DNA of 64,000 nucleotides from Eledone cirrhosa (Eukaryota). Positions 1 to 13,689 of this stretch are shown here, one piece after another. The translations under genes and the position numbers were made by a program. Each line of letters opens with the position of its first letter. The stretch's first letter is position 1. Location: positions 9,982,001 through 10,046,000 of the forward strand of contig OZ024766.1 of the NCBI GenBank assembly GCA_964016885.1. The letters are read 5' to 3'. The notes beneath the pieces were generated by a model, which had not been told where the DNA came from, did no database searches, and worked only from the letters and a program-made list of their open reading frames with translations.

Positions 1-117
1 GTAACCTACTGATATAAAAATCAGTAGTATATTGAAAATTGGAAAAAAAAGGGGGGGGGGCGTTTCGTGATTTCGAGGGAAAAAAGGGGGTGTTTGGCCT
101 AAATGGGTTGAGAACCT

Positions 118-1760
118 GTGATGTAGATAGATGGTTGCATGGAAATATTTTGAAGGGGATATTTTATGGGAATAATTGGATTTTGATGTAGAGAGATGGT
201 TGCATATAAATATTTTGAAAGGGTTATTTTGTGTGAAACAAGCTGGATTTTGATGGAAATAGGCAGGCATTTATATATGGATGTATTGAAGGGGACATTT
301 TAAGTGAATAAAAGTTGATTCTGATGTAGAGAGACAGACAATTGCATAGAAATATTTTGGAAGGGAAATTTTGTGTGAAAATATGTTGATTTTGATGTAT
401 GCAGACAGGCGGTGACCTAGAAATATTTTAAAGGGGTTGTTTTGTGTAAAATAATTGGTTTTTGATGTAGAGAAACAGAGAGTTGTATAGGGATATATTG
501 AAGGGGTTATTTTATGTGAAAAAAGTGGATTTTGATGTAGAGAGACAGACATTTGCATAGAAATATTTTGGAGGGGAAATAAATTTTGTGTGAAATAATG
601 TTAATTTTGATGTAGTGAGGCAGACAATTGCAGAGAACGATTTTGGAAGGGAAATTTTGTGTGAAAAAATGTTGATTTTGGTGTAGTGAGGCAGACAATT
701 GCAGAGAACGATTTTGGAAGGGAAATTTTGTGTGAAAAAATGTTGATTTTGGTGTAGTGAGGCAAACAATTGCAGAGAACGATTTTGGAAGGGAAATTTT
801 GTGTGAAAAAATGTTGATTTTGATGTAGTGAGGCAAACAATTGCAGAGAACGATTTTGGAAGGGAAATTTTGTGTGAAAAAATGTTGATTTTGATGTAGT
901 GAGGCAAACAATTGCAGAGAACGATTTTGGAAGGGAAATTTTGTGTGAAAAAATGTTGATTTTGATGTAGTGAGGCAAACAATTGCAGAGAACGATTTTG
1001 GAAGGGAAATTTTGTGTGAAAAAATGTTGATTTTGGTGTAGTGAGGCAAAGAATTGCATAGAACGATTTTGGAAGGGAAATTTTGTGTGAAAAAATGTTG
1101 ATTTTGGTGTAGTGAGGCAAACAATTGCAGAGAACGATTTTGGAAGGGAAATTTTGTGTGAAAAAATGTTGATTTTGATGTAGTGAGGCAAACAATTGCA
1201 GAGAACGATTTTGGAAGGGAAATTTTGTGTGAAAAAATGTTGATTTTGATGTAGTGAGGCAAACAATTGCAGAGAACGATTTTGGAAGGGAAATTTTGTG
1301 TGAAAAAATGTTGATTTTGGTGTAGTGAGGCAAAGAATTGCATAGAACGATTTTGGAAGGGAAATTTTGTGTGAAAAAATGTTGATTTTGATGTAGTGAG
1401 GCAAACAATTGCAGAGAACGATTTTGGAAGGGAAATTTTGTGTGAAAAAATGTTGATTTTGGTGTAGTGAGGCAAAGAATTGCATAGAACGATTTTGGAA
1501 GGGAAATTTTGTGTGAAAAAATGTTGATTTTGATGTAGTGAAACAAACAATTGCAGAGAACGATTTTGGAAGGGAAATTTTGTGTGAAAAAATGTTGATT
1601 TTGATGTAGAGAATCAGTGTTGTATATAAATGTTTTGAAGGGGTTATTTTGTATGAAAAAACTGAATTTAAATGTAGAGAGACAGACAACTGCATAGGGA
1701 TGTCTTGAAGGTATTATTTTGTGAAACAAAATGTATGCTTTGAAGCAGACGGGTAGATAG
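118..1760. repeat. 71-bp satellite; about 14 homogeneous units (600-1610) with diverged flanking units
   Basis: GTAGTGAGG recurs at 612, 683, 754 (period 71). The minus-strand ORFs repeat every 71 aa (3 units), an artefact of the array. Confidence 0.95.
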
Positions 1761-2135
1761 ATAATGTGAAGTAACTTTAACAATTTAGCATTTACATTAC
1801 TCTATATTTATTATTGTATTTTCGTAAATATCTTCTGCAATTTTTTTATGGGTTGGCTTTTTTGTGACAAAATATATATATTTTTTAACACTAAATTATT
1901 AACAATATATCATATTTACCAGCCTATTGGACGACCCTTCGCATAAGACGCTCCCTCTTGTTTTTTTATGTATTTTACGTAATATTTTGACGTTTATAGG
2001 TTTTTTTATGGACCACGTCCAATATTCGTCGTTCTTCACTCTTCACGGGTGGTGTGTGTGACAGCTCTCACCTACGCAGGTTTAGCTGGCCTCCTCCAAG
2101 GTATATCTCGTTGGAGGTGTCTTGGGTAATTTAAT

Positions 2136-2304
2136 GATAGGGACCCCCAGTCGTATCATCTCATTTCTACAGCTGAGTAAACTGGAGCAACGTGAAATAA
2201 AGTGTCTTGCTCAAGGAAACAACACATCACCCGGTCCGAAAATTGAACTCACATCCTTTCGATTGCAAGCTCAATGCTCTAACCACTAAGCCGTGCGCCT
2301 TCAC
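2136..2304 (-). mobile_element. tRNA-derived SINE (family B) fragment
   Basis: Reverse complement has TGGCTTAGTGG-like A box, GAGTTCAAT B box and CCTTGAGCAAGACACTT; matches copies at 19636 and 60441. Confidence 0.8.
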
Positions 2305-2606
2305 TGGTGCTCTAGGAACATAACACCCACAAATAATTGTTTCTACTGTTGGCACAAGGCCAGCAATTACGCAGTGTATTACTGGTACTTTATTTTATCG
2401 ACCCCATAAGGATGAAAGGCAAAGTTAATGGCGGACAACTGTATATATAGGGTTTATCTTTTGTCTATTGTTTCACTTTACAGGAAAATATGTGATGTTG
2501 ACATGTTTCTACATCTCTATACAAAATGTATAAATTTATATATTTAATCATATACACATTAAAATAGTCTTGGTTAATTCCTCTTGTATATGTACAGATA
2601 TAGAAT

Positions 2607-2647
<41 letters not shown>

Positions 2648-2769
2648 GGGGCAGTGCCCCAGCTTGGACTCAGCCGGATGCTTGGAAAAGGTAGAACAGT
2701 ATATATATTAATTTAAAAAAAAATATATATATATATATAAATATATATATAAATATATATATATATATA

Positions 2770-2877
<108 letters not shown>

Positions 2878-2912
2878 AATATAATGTATAAAAATCAATA
2901 CAATATAATTAC

Positions 2913-2980
2913 CTCATTACCTGAGGTTTCCCGAATGAGGCGAATACGAAATAAACGACTTCATTCGTTCGTCAGATGAG
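2913..2980 (-). ncRNA. Type I hammerhead ribozyme motif
   Basis: CTCAT-CTGACGA-[ACGAATGA...TCATTCGG]-GAAA-CC-TCA-GG-TA-ATGAG: stems I, II and III all pair; GUA cleavage triplet. Confidence 0.75.
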
Positions 2981-2986
2981 ATATAT

Positions 2987-3019
<33 letters not shown>

Positions 3020-3292
3020 AAAAATATATATATATATATATATAAATATATATATAAAAATAAAATAAAATATATATATATAAAAAAATATATATATATA
3101 TAAAAAAAAAAATATATATATATATATAAAAAAAAAATATATATATAAATATATATATATATACATAAATATATATATTTATATAAATATATATATATAT
3201 AAACATATATATACCCTATACTGTCATTTCTATAATACGACGAGTGTGTTTTACTCAAAAGCACTCTAGTATTTTAATTCTTATATATATAT

Positions 3293-3363
<71 letters not shown>

Positions 3364-3785
3364 CACACATATATATATATATGTATGTATATTTATATAT
3401 ACACACATATATATATATACATATTTATATATATATATAATTATATATATATGCATAAATATGTATATATATATATATATGTATATATACAAATATACAT
3501 ACATATATATATATATATGTGTAAATATATATACATATATATAATTATATATATATATATATATATATAGGTAAGTTCCTGAGTTGTGTCGGCGGTGGGG
3601 TAAACACATTTAAAAAAAGGTACTCAATATGTTGGTAGAGTGCAGGCATCTCAACTCAGACACATGCTAAAACTCGCAGTCAACCACTCTCAAAGTTAAA
3701 CTCACTCGAACTCTGGGACACACTCAAACCCAAACACACACTCTAACCCGAACACACACTCAAACCCGAACTCACACTCAAATTC

Positions 3786-3823
<38 letters not shown>

Positions 3824-3900
3824 ACCCAAACTCGGACTCATACACGAACCCAAACTCGGACGCACACTCAAAACGCCAACTCGGGACTCTGACCAAAACC

Positions 3901-5042
3901 TCAGACATTCGTCTCAGTCTTGCGGGACGAGGTGTTGGAGACACTGTCGATAACAGTGGTGGCCGCCTCGCTGGTTTGTAAACTGGTCGAGAGGGAAGGG
4001 AGATAACTGGACACGTCTCCGTCTAGGCTGTGACCACTGTGAGCCAGCGACCGATCCGATAGGGTTGGCGTCAGAGACACCATTGAGACGCTGCGAGGGT
4101 CCTGATTGTGGTGTCCATACCTGTGCGAGGACCCACCGGTGACCCCAGGTACATGATGAAGATTTTTCTTTTTTTGTTTCTGCCTTAGTTTTTGTTTTTT
4201 CCGCTGGTTTTTCGTGCGTTCGTCATTGTCGTCATCGAACGAGCTGTTGGTGTTGTTGGCGTTGTTGGCGACATATCCTTGCGTTTTGTGTCTCGCTTCG
4301 TTGCTGAGTTGTCGATGCATCGGCAGTGTCGTCGATGAAGATAACACCATTGGGGGCAGTATCGTTAGCTCCTTCGTCGTCAACGAGAGGGAAGACGTCG
4401 GAGGAGATGATGTCGGATTTGGAATCGGATAACAGAGTGAGGTCCACATGTCGAAGCTGTCATAATGTTTGCAGATGACGAGCTTGTCTCTGTCCGGGTG
4501 ACAACAGCTGTAGTAACATCCGTAGAGGACCGCGTGCAACACAGCGGCGCAGAGCACGAAGAACGCCACAGCTAGATGGTACCACGTTCCCATGTGGTCG
4601 GTGAAACGGAACCAGAGCGCGAACAGTACAATGTTTTCTGTGTAAAAGATGAAGTAAAACAGACCACAGCGGTAGCGTGAGGTACCGTCTTTGACGTTGA
4701 GGAAGGCAAAGATTGAGACAAACGCGCACATCGCGTTAAAAGCCATCTGCCAGAGGGCACCGTTGCAGAATTTCAATCGCTGCAACTCCAACCAAATGAA
4801 TATGATGACCCAGTGTAGTGAAAGTGGTAGAGCGACCCAGTAATAGTACTGTGTCGTGAACATGGAGATGATGACTATACGTGGGCCGACTTCGAACAGG
4901 CGACACAAAAAGTAGAAGATGGTGGCGCATCTCGATGGGTTGCTCTTCTTCTCCTGGGTGAAGCGCAGGGAACGGTAGTACGAGGCCAAAGACCAACAGA
5001 TCCCAAACCAAGAGGTGAAGATGGTAATAATCCGCAGAGGAT
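3901..5042 (-). CDS. XK-related protein (Xkr scramblase family), last coding exon
   Basis: Multi-TM ORF with SLASYYRSLR, LFEVGPR and FYTENIVL XK motifs. Polypyrimidine+AG acceptor at 5043-5044, phase 1, stop at 3901-3903. Confidence 0.9.
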
Positions 5043-5117
5043 CTATCAAAGAAGAAGAGAAAGAAGAAAAATATATAATAATAATAATAACAACAACAAC
5101 AACAACAACGACGAAAG

Positions 5118-5220
5118 GCATGCTTGCTGTTAACAGCAAGAACCCTCTGAAACGTCCTGAATATCTGAGACGGCAAGTAGTGGCTTGATGTTCATTTGAA
5201 CAAACTTTCCAGTTAAATAA
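5118..5220 (+). mobile_element. 3' end fragment of an RLE-type (R4/Dong-like) non-LTR element
   Basis: ACAGCAAGAACCCTCTGAAACGTCCTGAATATCTGA matches the triplicated fragment at 36450-36960. Confidence 0.5.
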
Positions 5221-5221
5221 C

Positions 5222-5880
5222 TGTTTCTACTTTAGGCACAAGGCCAGCAATCGCCCAGTACATTACTGGTACTTTATTTTATCGACCCCGTAAGGATGAA
5301 AGGAAAAGTTAACCTTGGCGGGATTTGAACTCAGAATGGCAAGGGCCGTAACTCTATGCGTCAAAGCATGGCGTCCAACCCTCTACCGATACTGCCAATT
5401 CCCTTTCCAGTTAAATAACATCAATGAGACTCATAAAATAATAATTATTTCTACTTTTGGCACAAGGCCAGCAATTAGCCCAGTACATTACTGGTACTTT
5501 ATTTTTATTGACCCCCATAGAGATGAAAGGCAAAGTTAACCTCGGCGGGATTTGAACTCAGATCATAAAGGGACGTAACTCTTTGCGTCAAAGCATGGCG
5601 TCCAACCCTCTGCCGATACTGCCAATCCACCGCCCTATAGTTTCTTATATAGGCACAAGGCCGGCAATTTGTGTGTGTGTGGGGGGATAGGGGGGGCGTT
5701 GATTAAATCGACCCCAGTGCGTGACTGGTACTTTATTTTATCGACCCCCCCCCCCCCGTAAGGATGAGAGGCAAAGCTAACCTCGGCGGAATTTGAACTC
5801 AGAACGCAAAGGGCCGTACGTAACTCTGTGCTGAAAAAGCGTTGTGTCTGACGCTCTACCGATTCTGCCGATCGATCCAA
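5222..5880 (-). mobile_element. Three tandem copies of tRNA-derived SINE (family A)
   Basis: Each has GGCACAAGGCC...CTGGTACTTTATTTTATCGACCCC...GGATTTGAACTCAG, with a B box on the minus strand. Confidence 0.8.
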
Positions 5881-5943
5881 CACACAATAACTAACAAACA
5901 CAGAGAGAGAGAGAGAGAAAAGCAAGGGCATGTCCCACATTAC

Positions 5944-6143
5944 CTGAAGCGTGCGTCGGATCGACGACCAGTATGTAGAGCTGCATCGTCAGTTGCGGAG
6001 CACTTTCCAAGAAGCATTCGAAGAGGCGCAGCAACCCTGCATCTGCATCTTCCCGTAGCATCCACTTGTAGTAGTAGTCATGGTCGGACGAGCTGGTCCC
6101 AGGAGATTTACTTTTGATACCGTAGCGGAGCGATTCAAAGTTT
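5944..6143 (-). CDS. XK-related protein, internal exon (200 nt)
   Basis: Translates NFESLRYGIKS...EDADAGLLRLFECFLESAPQLTMQLYIL (XK hallmark ESAPQL). AG acceptor at 6144-6145, GTAA donor at 5943; phases 2/1 fit both neighbouring exons. Confidence 0.92.
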
Positions 6144-6156
6144 CTAGGTCAAGTAG

Positions 6157-6191
<35 letters not shown>

Positions 6192-6304
6192 TTAATCAAA
6201 TTATAATTGTTTCTACCGTAAAGGGCCGTAACTCTATGCTGCAGAGCATAGCGTCCGACCCTGACCCTCTACTCGTACTGCCAATCCACCGCCCTTAATC
6301 ATAA

Positions 6305-7643
6305 AATAATTGTTTCTACTTTTAGGCACAAGGCCAGCAATCACCCCAGTGTATTACTGGTACTTTATTTTATCAACCCTGTAATAATTATTTCTACTTT
6401 AGGCACAAGGCCAGCAATCACCCCAGTGTATTACTGGTACTTTATTTTATCAACCCTGTAATAATTATTTCTACTTTAGGCACAAGGCCAGCAAATACCC
6501 CAGTGTATTACCGGTACTTTATTTTATCAACCCTGTAATAATTATTTCTACTTTAGGCACAAGGCCAGCAAATACCCCAGTGTATTACCGGTACTTTATT
6601 GTATTGACCCTGTAATTACTGTTTCTACTTTAGGCACAAGGCCAGCAATTACCCCAGTGTATTACTGGTACTTTATTGTATTGACCCTGTAATTACTGTT
6701 TCTACTTTAGGCACAAGGCCAGCAATTACCCCAGTGTATTACTGGTACTTTATTTTATCAACCCTGTAATAATTATTTCTACTTTAGGCACAAGGCCAGC
6801 AAATACCCCAGTGTATTACTGGTACTTTATTGTATTGACCCTGTAATTACTGTTTCTACTTTAGGCACAAGGCCAGCAATTACCCCAGTGTATTACTGGT
6901 ACTTTATTGTATTGACCCTGTAATTACTGTTTCTACTTTAGGCACAAGGCCAGCAATTACCCCAGTGTATTACTGGTACTTTATTTTATCAACCCTGTAA
7001 TAATTATTTCTACTTTAGGCACAAGGCCAGCAATTACCCCAGTGTATTACTGGTACTTTATTTTATCAACCCTGTAATAATTATTTCTACTTTAGGCACA
7101 AGGCCAGCAATTACCCCAGTGTATTACTGGTACTTTATTTTATCGACCCTGTAATAATTATTTCTACTTTTGGCACAAGGCCAGCAATTACCTCAGTGTA
7201 TTACTGGTACTTTATTTTATCAACCCTGTAATAATTATTTCTACTTTTTTGCACAAGGCCAGCAATTACCCCAGTGTATTACTGGTACTTTATTTTATCG
7301 ACCCCGTAATAACTGTTTCTACTTTTTGCACAAGGCCAGCAATTACCCCAGTGTATTACTGGTACTTTATTTTATCGACCCTGTAATAATTATTTCTACT
7401 TTTTTGCACAAGGCCAGCAATTACCCCAGTGTATTACTGGTACTTTATTTTATCGACCCCGTAATAACTGTTTCTACTTTTTGCACAAGGCCAGCAATTA
7501 CCCCAGTGTATTACTGGTACTTTATTTTATCGACCCTGTAATAATTATTTCTACTTTTGGCACAAGGCCAGCAATTACCCTAGTGTATTACTGGTACTTT
7601 ATTTTATCGACCCCGTAACAATTGTTTCTACTTTTTGGCACAA
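6305..7643. repeat. 77-bp satellite (about 17 units) derived from the SINE family A 3' part
   Basis: GGCACAAGG at 6402, 6479 (period 77); unit is nearly identical to the adjacent SINE tail. Confidence 0.93.
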
Positions 7644-7729
7644 GTATATATAGAGGAATGTAAATGCTAAAGGGTTAAATGTATCATGGATTACTTGTGA
7701 AGGCAAGTGGCTGAGAGGTTGTGAATCCG

Positions 7730-8185
7730 AGATGGTGGTGTGGGAGATGGTGGGGGTGATGGAGGTTGTGGTGAAGGTGGTGTGGGTGGTGAAGGTGGTG
7801 TGGGTGGTGGTGTGGGTGGTAGTGTGGGTGTTTGTGGAGCTGTGGGTGGTGGTGTGGGTGGTGGTGGAGGTGTGGGTGGTGAAGGTGGGATGGGTGGTGG
7901 TGAAGGTGTGGGTGGTGAAGGTGTGGGTGGTGTGGGAGGTGGTGGAGGTGGTGGTGAAGGTGGTGGTGGTGTGGGTGGTGAAGGTGGGATGGGTGGTGGT
8001 GAAGGTGTGGGTGGTGGTGTGGGTGATGTGGGAGGTGGTGAAGGTGGTGTGGGTGTTTGTGGAGGTGTGGGTGTTTGTGGAGCTGTGGGTGGTGGTGGGA
8101 TGGGTGGTGGTGAAGGTGTGGGTGGTGGTGGAGGTGTGGGTGGAGGTGTGGGTGGTGGTGTGAGGGTGGTGGTGGTGGTGGTGGC
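7730..8185. repeat. GGT/GTG-rich low-complexity repeat
   Basis: Degenerate (GGT)n/GGTGTG array. Confidence 0.9.
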
Positions 8186-8266
8186 ATTTTTGACATTTAC
8201 CCCCCCCCCCCCATGTTAATATCAATCATAGCAACAATAATATTCCTACACTCTTCATGTTAGATC

Positions 8267-8297
<31 letters not shown>

Positions 8298-8376
8298 TTA
8301 TATGTGTGTATGTATGTATGTATATGTAAGTATGTGTGTATATATATATATATACATATATATGCCTTTGTGTGTG

Positions 8377-8417
<41 letters not shown>

Positions 8418-8496
8418 ATATCTATCTATCCATATATACATTTATATACGAGGTGTGTATATATATATATACGTGTGTGTATATATATATACATTA

Positions 8497-8536
<40 letters not shown>

Positions 8537-8650
8537 TAACACACACACACACAGATATATATATATATATGCATATATATACATACACATTAATACATAT
8601 ATACATATATATACATTTACATATATATATATACACATACACATATCTAC

Positions 8651-8699
<49 letters not shown>

Positions 8700-8719
8700 G
8701 GTATATATATATATATATA

Positions 8720-8779
<60 letters not shown>

Positions 8780-9041
8780 ATAATATATATGTAGTAAGAA
8801 ACAGTAAACCGTGTGTCTAATATTACAAGGGTTGAAATATATATACACACACATATATATATATATATATACACACACACATTTGTGTGTTTGTTGTTTT
8901 AGTTAAAAATAACAGGTGTCGTCTTGGGTCACCTTGAAAGGTGTCATGTGGGGATGGGGGTAGAGTGGGGGTGTGACGGTGGACTGAGAAAGAGGTCTAT
9001 TGTTCCTGAAGAGAGAGATGTCTGTATACACACACACACAC

Positions 9042-9100
<59 letters not shown>

Positions 9101-9329
9101 CAGTGGATAGACAATATCGGCAGAGGGTTGGATGTCATGCTGTGCGCATAGAGTTACGACCCTTGACATTCTGAGTTCAAATCGTGCCAAATTTTTGCCT
9201 TTCATCGTTACGGGGTCGAAAAAATAAAGATTTATAAAGATAGGTGTCATTTCTTCTTATCTACTAATTATGTTGAAATAGTATATGTAACAACAGTGTG
9301 TATGAAAATTGGAAGTGGTTACAGCTCTC

Positions 9330-10660
9330 TTTATAGTGAGGCAACTACAAGAGAGGTTCTTAGAGAAGAATAAGCCACTATACTTGACCTGGAGAAGGCC
9401 TTTGATAGGGTACACTGATCTGTCATCTGGTGGTCCCTAAGCAAACTAGGTGTAGAGGAATGGCTTGTGAAGACAGTGCAAGCTATGTACAGAGGTGCTG
9501 TCAGTAAAGTCAGGGTAGGAATGGAGTTTAGTGAGGAATTCCAGATACAAGTAGGAGTACATCAAGGTTCGGTCCTCAGCCCACTCTTGTTCATTATAGT
9601 CTGCCAAGCCATAACAGAGGTGTTTAAGACTGGCTGTCCATGGGAACTTCTCTATGCTGATGATCTGGTTCTTATAGCAGAATCAGTAGAGGAGCTAGAG
9701 AATAAATTCTGGCTATGGAAACAGCAGTTGGAAGCAAGAGGACTGAGAGTGAACCTAGCTAAGACTAAAGTGTTGATGAGTAGAAAAGAGGTCAGAACTC
9801 TGATTCCGTCAGGGAAATGGCCATGTTCGATATGTAGGAAAGGAATTGGCATAAATTCCGTAAAATGTATGCAATGCAGATCCTGGGTACACAAGAGATG
9901 TAGTGGGATAGCAGGCAAACTAACAGGTAGAGAAAACTACGTATGCAGTAGGTGTACAGGGAAAGTTGGCAGTACTAATCGCAGTGATAGACTCATTTTT
10001 CCAATGCAGGTGGGCTTTATAGAAGTGGTTGATAGCTTCTGGTACCTAGGTGATCAGATTAGCATGGGAGGGGGTTATTCCGAGGCCATAGTATCAGGAA
10101 TAAGGATGGGTTGGAAGAAGTTTAGGGAGCTGCTTCCTCTGTTGACAAAGAAGGGTTTCTCCCTGCATACAAAAGGATGGTTATATGATGCCTGTGTGAG
10201 ATGCGCAATGTCGCATGGTAGTGAGACATGGGCAGCAACTGCGGAGGATATACGATGGCTGGAGAGAAATGAGGCAAGCATGCTCCGTTGGATGTGCAGT
10301 GTAAATGTGCGTGAACGACCAAGCATAGACGGGTTGAGAGAGAAACTGTGTTTAAGAGGGATAAGTTGTGGTGTGCAGGAGAGAAGGGTGAGATGGTATG
10401 GACATGTGATGCGCATGGAGGATGACCAATGGGTGAAGAAGTGCCAGGAAATGCCAGTAGAAGGAAGACGCGGTAGAGGTAGACCACGAAAAACATGGGC
10501 GGAGGGTGGTGAGAACAGACCTCAGATCGCTGAAGCTCACGGTGGAGATGACGAAGGACCGTGACGAGTGGAGAGATGCTGTGCTGAATAAGACCCGTCC
10601 CACCCTTGCAAGCAGGGAAAAACGGACGTAAAATGGGAAAAGCGGACGTAAAATGATGAT
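9330..10660 (+). mobile_element. 5'-truncated, degenerate RTE-clade LINE (RT C-terminal half and 3' tail)
   Basis: GVHQGSVLSPLLF, LLYADDLVL, a Cys-rich segment (CSIC...WVHKRC), [18 protein letters not shown]; ends in (ATG)n; frameshifts present. Confidence 0.92.
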
Positions 10661-10665
10661 GATAA

Positions 10666-10708
<43 letters not shown>

Positions 10709-10747
10709 ATATGAGTGTGTTATTAACAAATGTTGGATTATGTCAGC

Positions 10748-10817
<70 letters not shown>

Positions 10818-10914
10818 TGACACAATTCTAGACATAATCCAACATTTGTTAATTTTGAGAGATTAGGATTGAAGATAACATTGATATAGATTAACAAGTG
10901 TAAATAACACTCAT

Positions 10915-11861
<947 letters not shown>

Positions 11862-11863
<2 letters not shown>

Positions 11864-11974
11864 GGAACCAGTAAGACCCCGACAGCTGAGCTCAAGCCGT
11901 TTCGACGGCTAATTCTGGACTGAATTAGCCGTCGAAACGGCTTGAGCTCAGCTGTCGGGGTCTTACTGGTTCCT
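11862..11974. repeat. Perfect hairpin (about 52-bp arms, 6-nt loop) containing the 3' half of a hammerhead (GAAA-stem III-GUC)
   Basis: GGAACCAGTAAGACCCCGACAG...AATTC tggact GAATT...CTGTCGGGGTCTTACTGGTTCC. Confidence 0.85.
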
Positions 11975-12052
11975 ATTACCCACTCTACTACCTCAAGTAT
12001 TGAGTACTTTGGTGCGTTATGGTCCACCTGGTTCCTTACCACATTTCCTTCG

Positions 12053-12097
<45 letters not shown>

Positions 12098-12199
12098 TGT
12101 ATATATATATATATATATGTATGTTTGTGTGAGTGTATATATATGAAAATCACGTTAAATCTGGGGTAAAAAGATAGCCACAAGGTGGAAGAAAACATA

Positions 12200-12347
12200 A
12201 GTAGTAGTAGTGGTGGTGGTGGTGGCGGTAGTAGTAGTAGTATTAGTAGTAATAGTAGTAGTAGTAGTAGAAGTAGTAGTAGAAGTAGTAGTAGTAGCGG
12301 CAGTAGTAGTAGTAGCGGCAGTAGTAGTAGTAGCGGCAGTAACAGCA

Positions 12348-12386
<39 letters not shown>

Positions 12387-12571
12387 ATAATAGTAGTAGA
12401 AGTAGTAGTAGTAGTAGCGGCAGTAGCAGTAGTAGTAGTAGTAGCGGCAGTAGCAGCAGTAGTTGTAGTAGTAGTAGTAGTGGTAGTAGTAGTAGTAGTA
12501 ATAGTAGTAGTAGTAGTAGTAGCAGTAGTAGTAGTAGCAGTAGTAGTAGTAGTAGTAGCAGTAGCAGCAAT

Positions 12572-12603
<32 letters not shown>

Positions 12604-12622
12604 TAGTAGTAATAGTAGTAGT

Positions 12623-12654
<32 letters not shown>

Positions 12655-12717
12655 TAGTAGCAGTAGCAGCAATAGCAGCAGCAGCAGCAGTAGTAGTAGC
12701 AGTAGCAGTAGTAGTAG
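12200..12717. repeat. (AGT/AGC)n trinucleotide expansion
   Basis: Direct reading; the paralogous tract at 13546-13686 is much shorter. Confidence 0.95.
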
Positions 12718-12721
12718 TTAC

Positions 12722-13075
12722 CTGATAATGGGTCCCATCTGAAGAATGGTGAGAAGGAAGCGACAAACCCAAAGTTTGACAGATGAATAATACTTTGGAT
12801 CTTTCAAGGTTAGACTTTTCTCCTGGTTGTAGTCGACGTAATAAAAATACAGATTGAGCATTGATATGAAAATGGAAGGTAGCAAAACGAAGGCCAACGT
12901 GAGCCCACCCCAAAGGTAGTGAGCGCTGTTCAGATATGAAACAGCCAACATCAAGTCTGTGACGATGTCGGCATAAAAGAAGACAATCGTTGCCAAACTT
13001 ATGATAATATCCCATTTAGAGTAAGGAGAACCCGATGGTATTCCGTCAAACACATCACTCCCCGCTGCTATCCCA
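12722..13075 (-). pseudogene. Duplicated partial copy of Xkr first coding exon (possible cassette exon)
   Basis: Near-identical to 13690-14040 (YSKWDIIISLAT...LQMGPIIR), same GT donor; its 5' end is replaced by SINE sequence. Confidence 0.7.
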
Positions 13076-13079
13076 CTAC

Positions 13080-13455
13080 AATGACACACGACCGTGACTT
13101 CTGGCGTCACGCAGTAATACAGAGTACCCGACCTCCCATGGGTACATGCTGAAGCATATAAACAATATGCCCCCACACCCCCCACCGCAAGGTGGTCGTG
13201 GAGGTGCCACGGCAAAAAAGCACCCAGCCCACACTGTAAAGTGGACGTGTAGGCGCCATGAATAAGCACCCAGCACTCACTGTAAATGAGGTTGGTGTTA
13301 GGAAGGGCATCCAGCTGTAGAAATCAAGCCAGAATCAGTTCCTGTATGAGCAAGGCATGGTCAGCCGACCAGACACTGCACACAACAGGACAACCCGTCT
13401 AACCCATGCTAGCGTGGAAGAACGGACGTAAAACGGTGATGATGATGATGATGAT
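13080..13455 (+). mobile_element. SINE with RTE-type 3' tail (family C)
   Basis: GTTAGGAAGGGCATCCAGCTGTAGAAA...CGGACGTAAAA(TGA)n. Confidence 0.7.
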
Positions 13456-13689
13456 GATATATATGTATGTTTGTGTGAGTGTATATATATGAAAATCACG
13501 TTAAATCTGGGGTAAAAAGATAGCCACAAGGTGGAAGAAAACATAAGTAGTAGTAGTGGTGGTGGTGGTGGTGGTGGTGGCGGTAGTAGTAGTATTAGTA
13601 GTAATAGTAGTAGTAGTAGAAGTAGTAGTAGAAGTAGTAGCAGTAGCAGCAATAGCAGCAGCAGCAGCAGTAGCAGTAGTAGTAGTTAC

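Noticed and set aside
507-1783. Three long overlapping minus-strand ORFs
   Set aside because: Product of a stop-free 71-bp satellite; all frames give the same permuted peptide.
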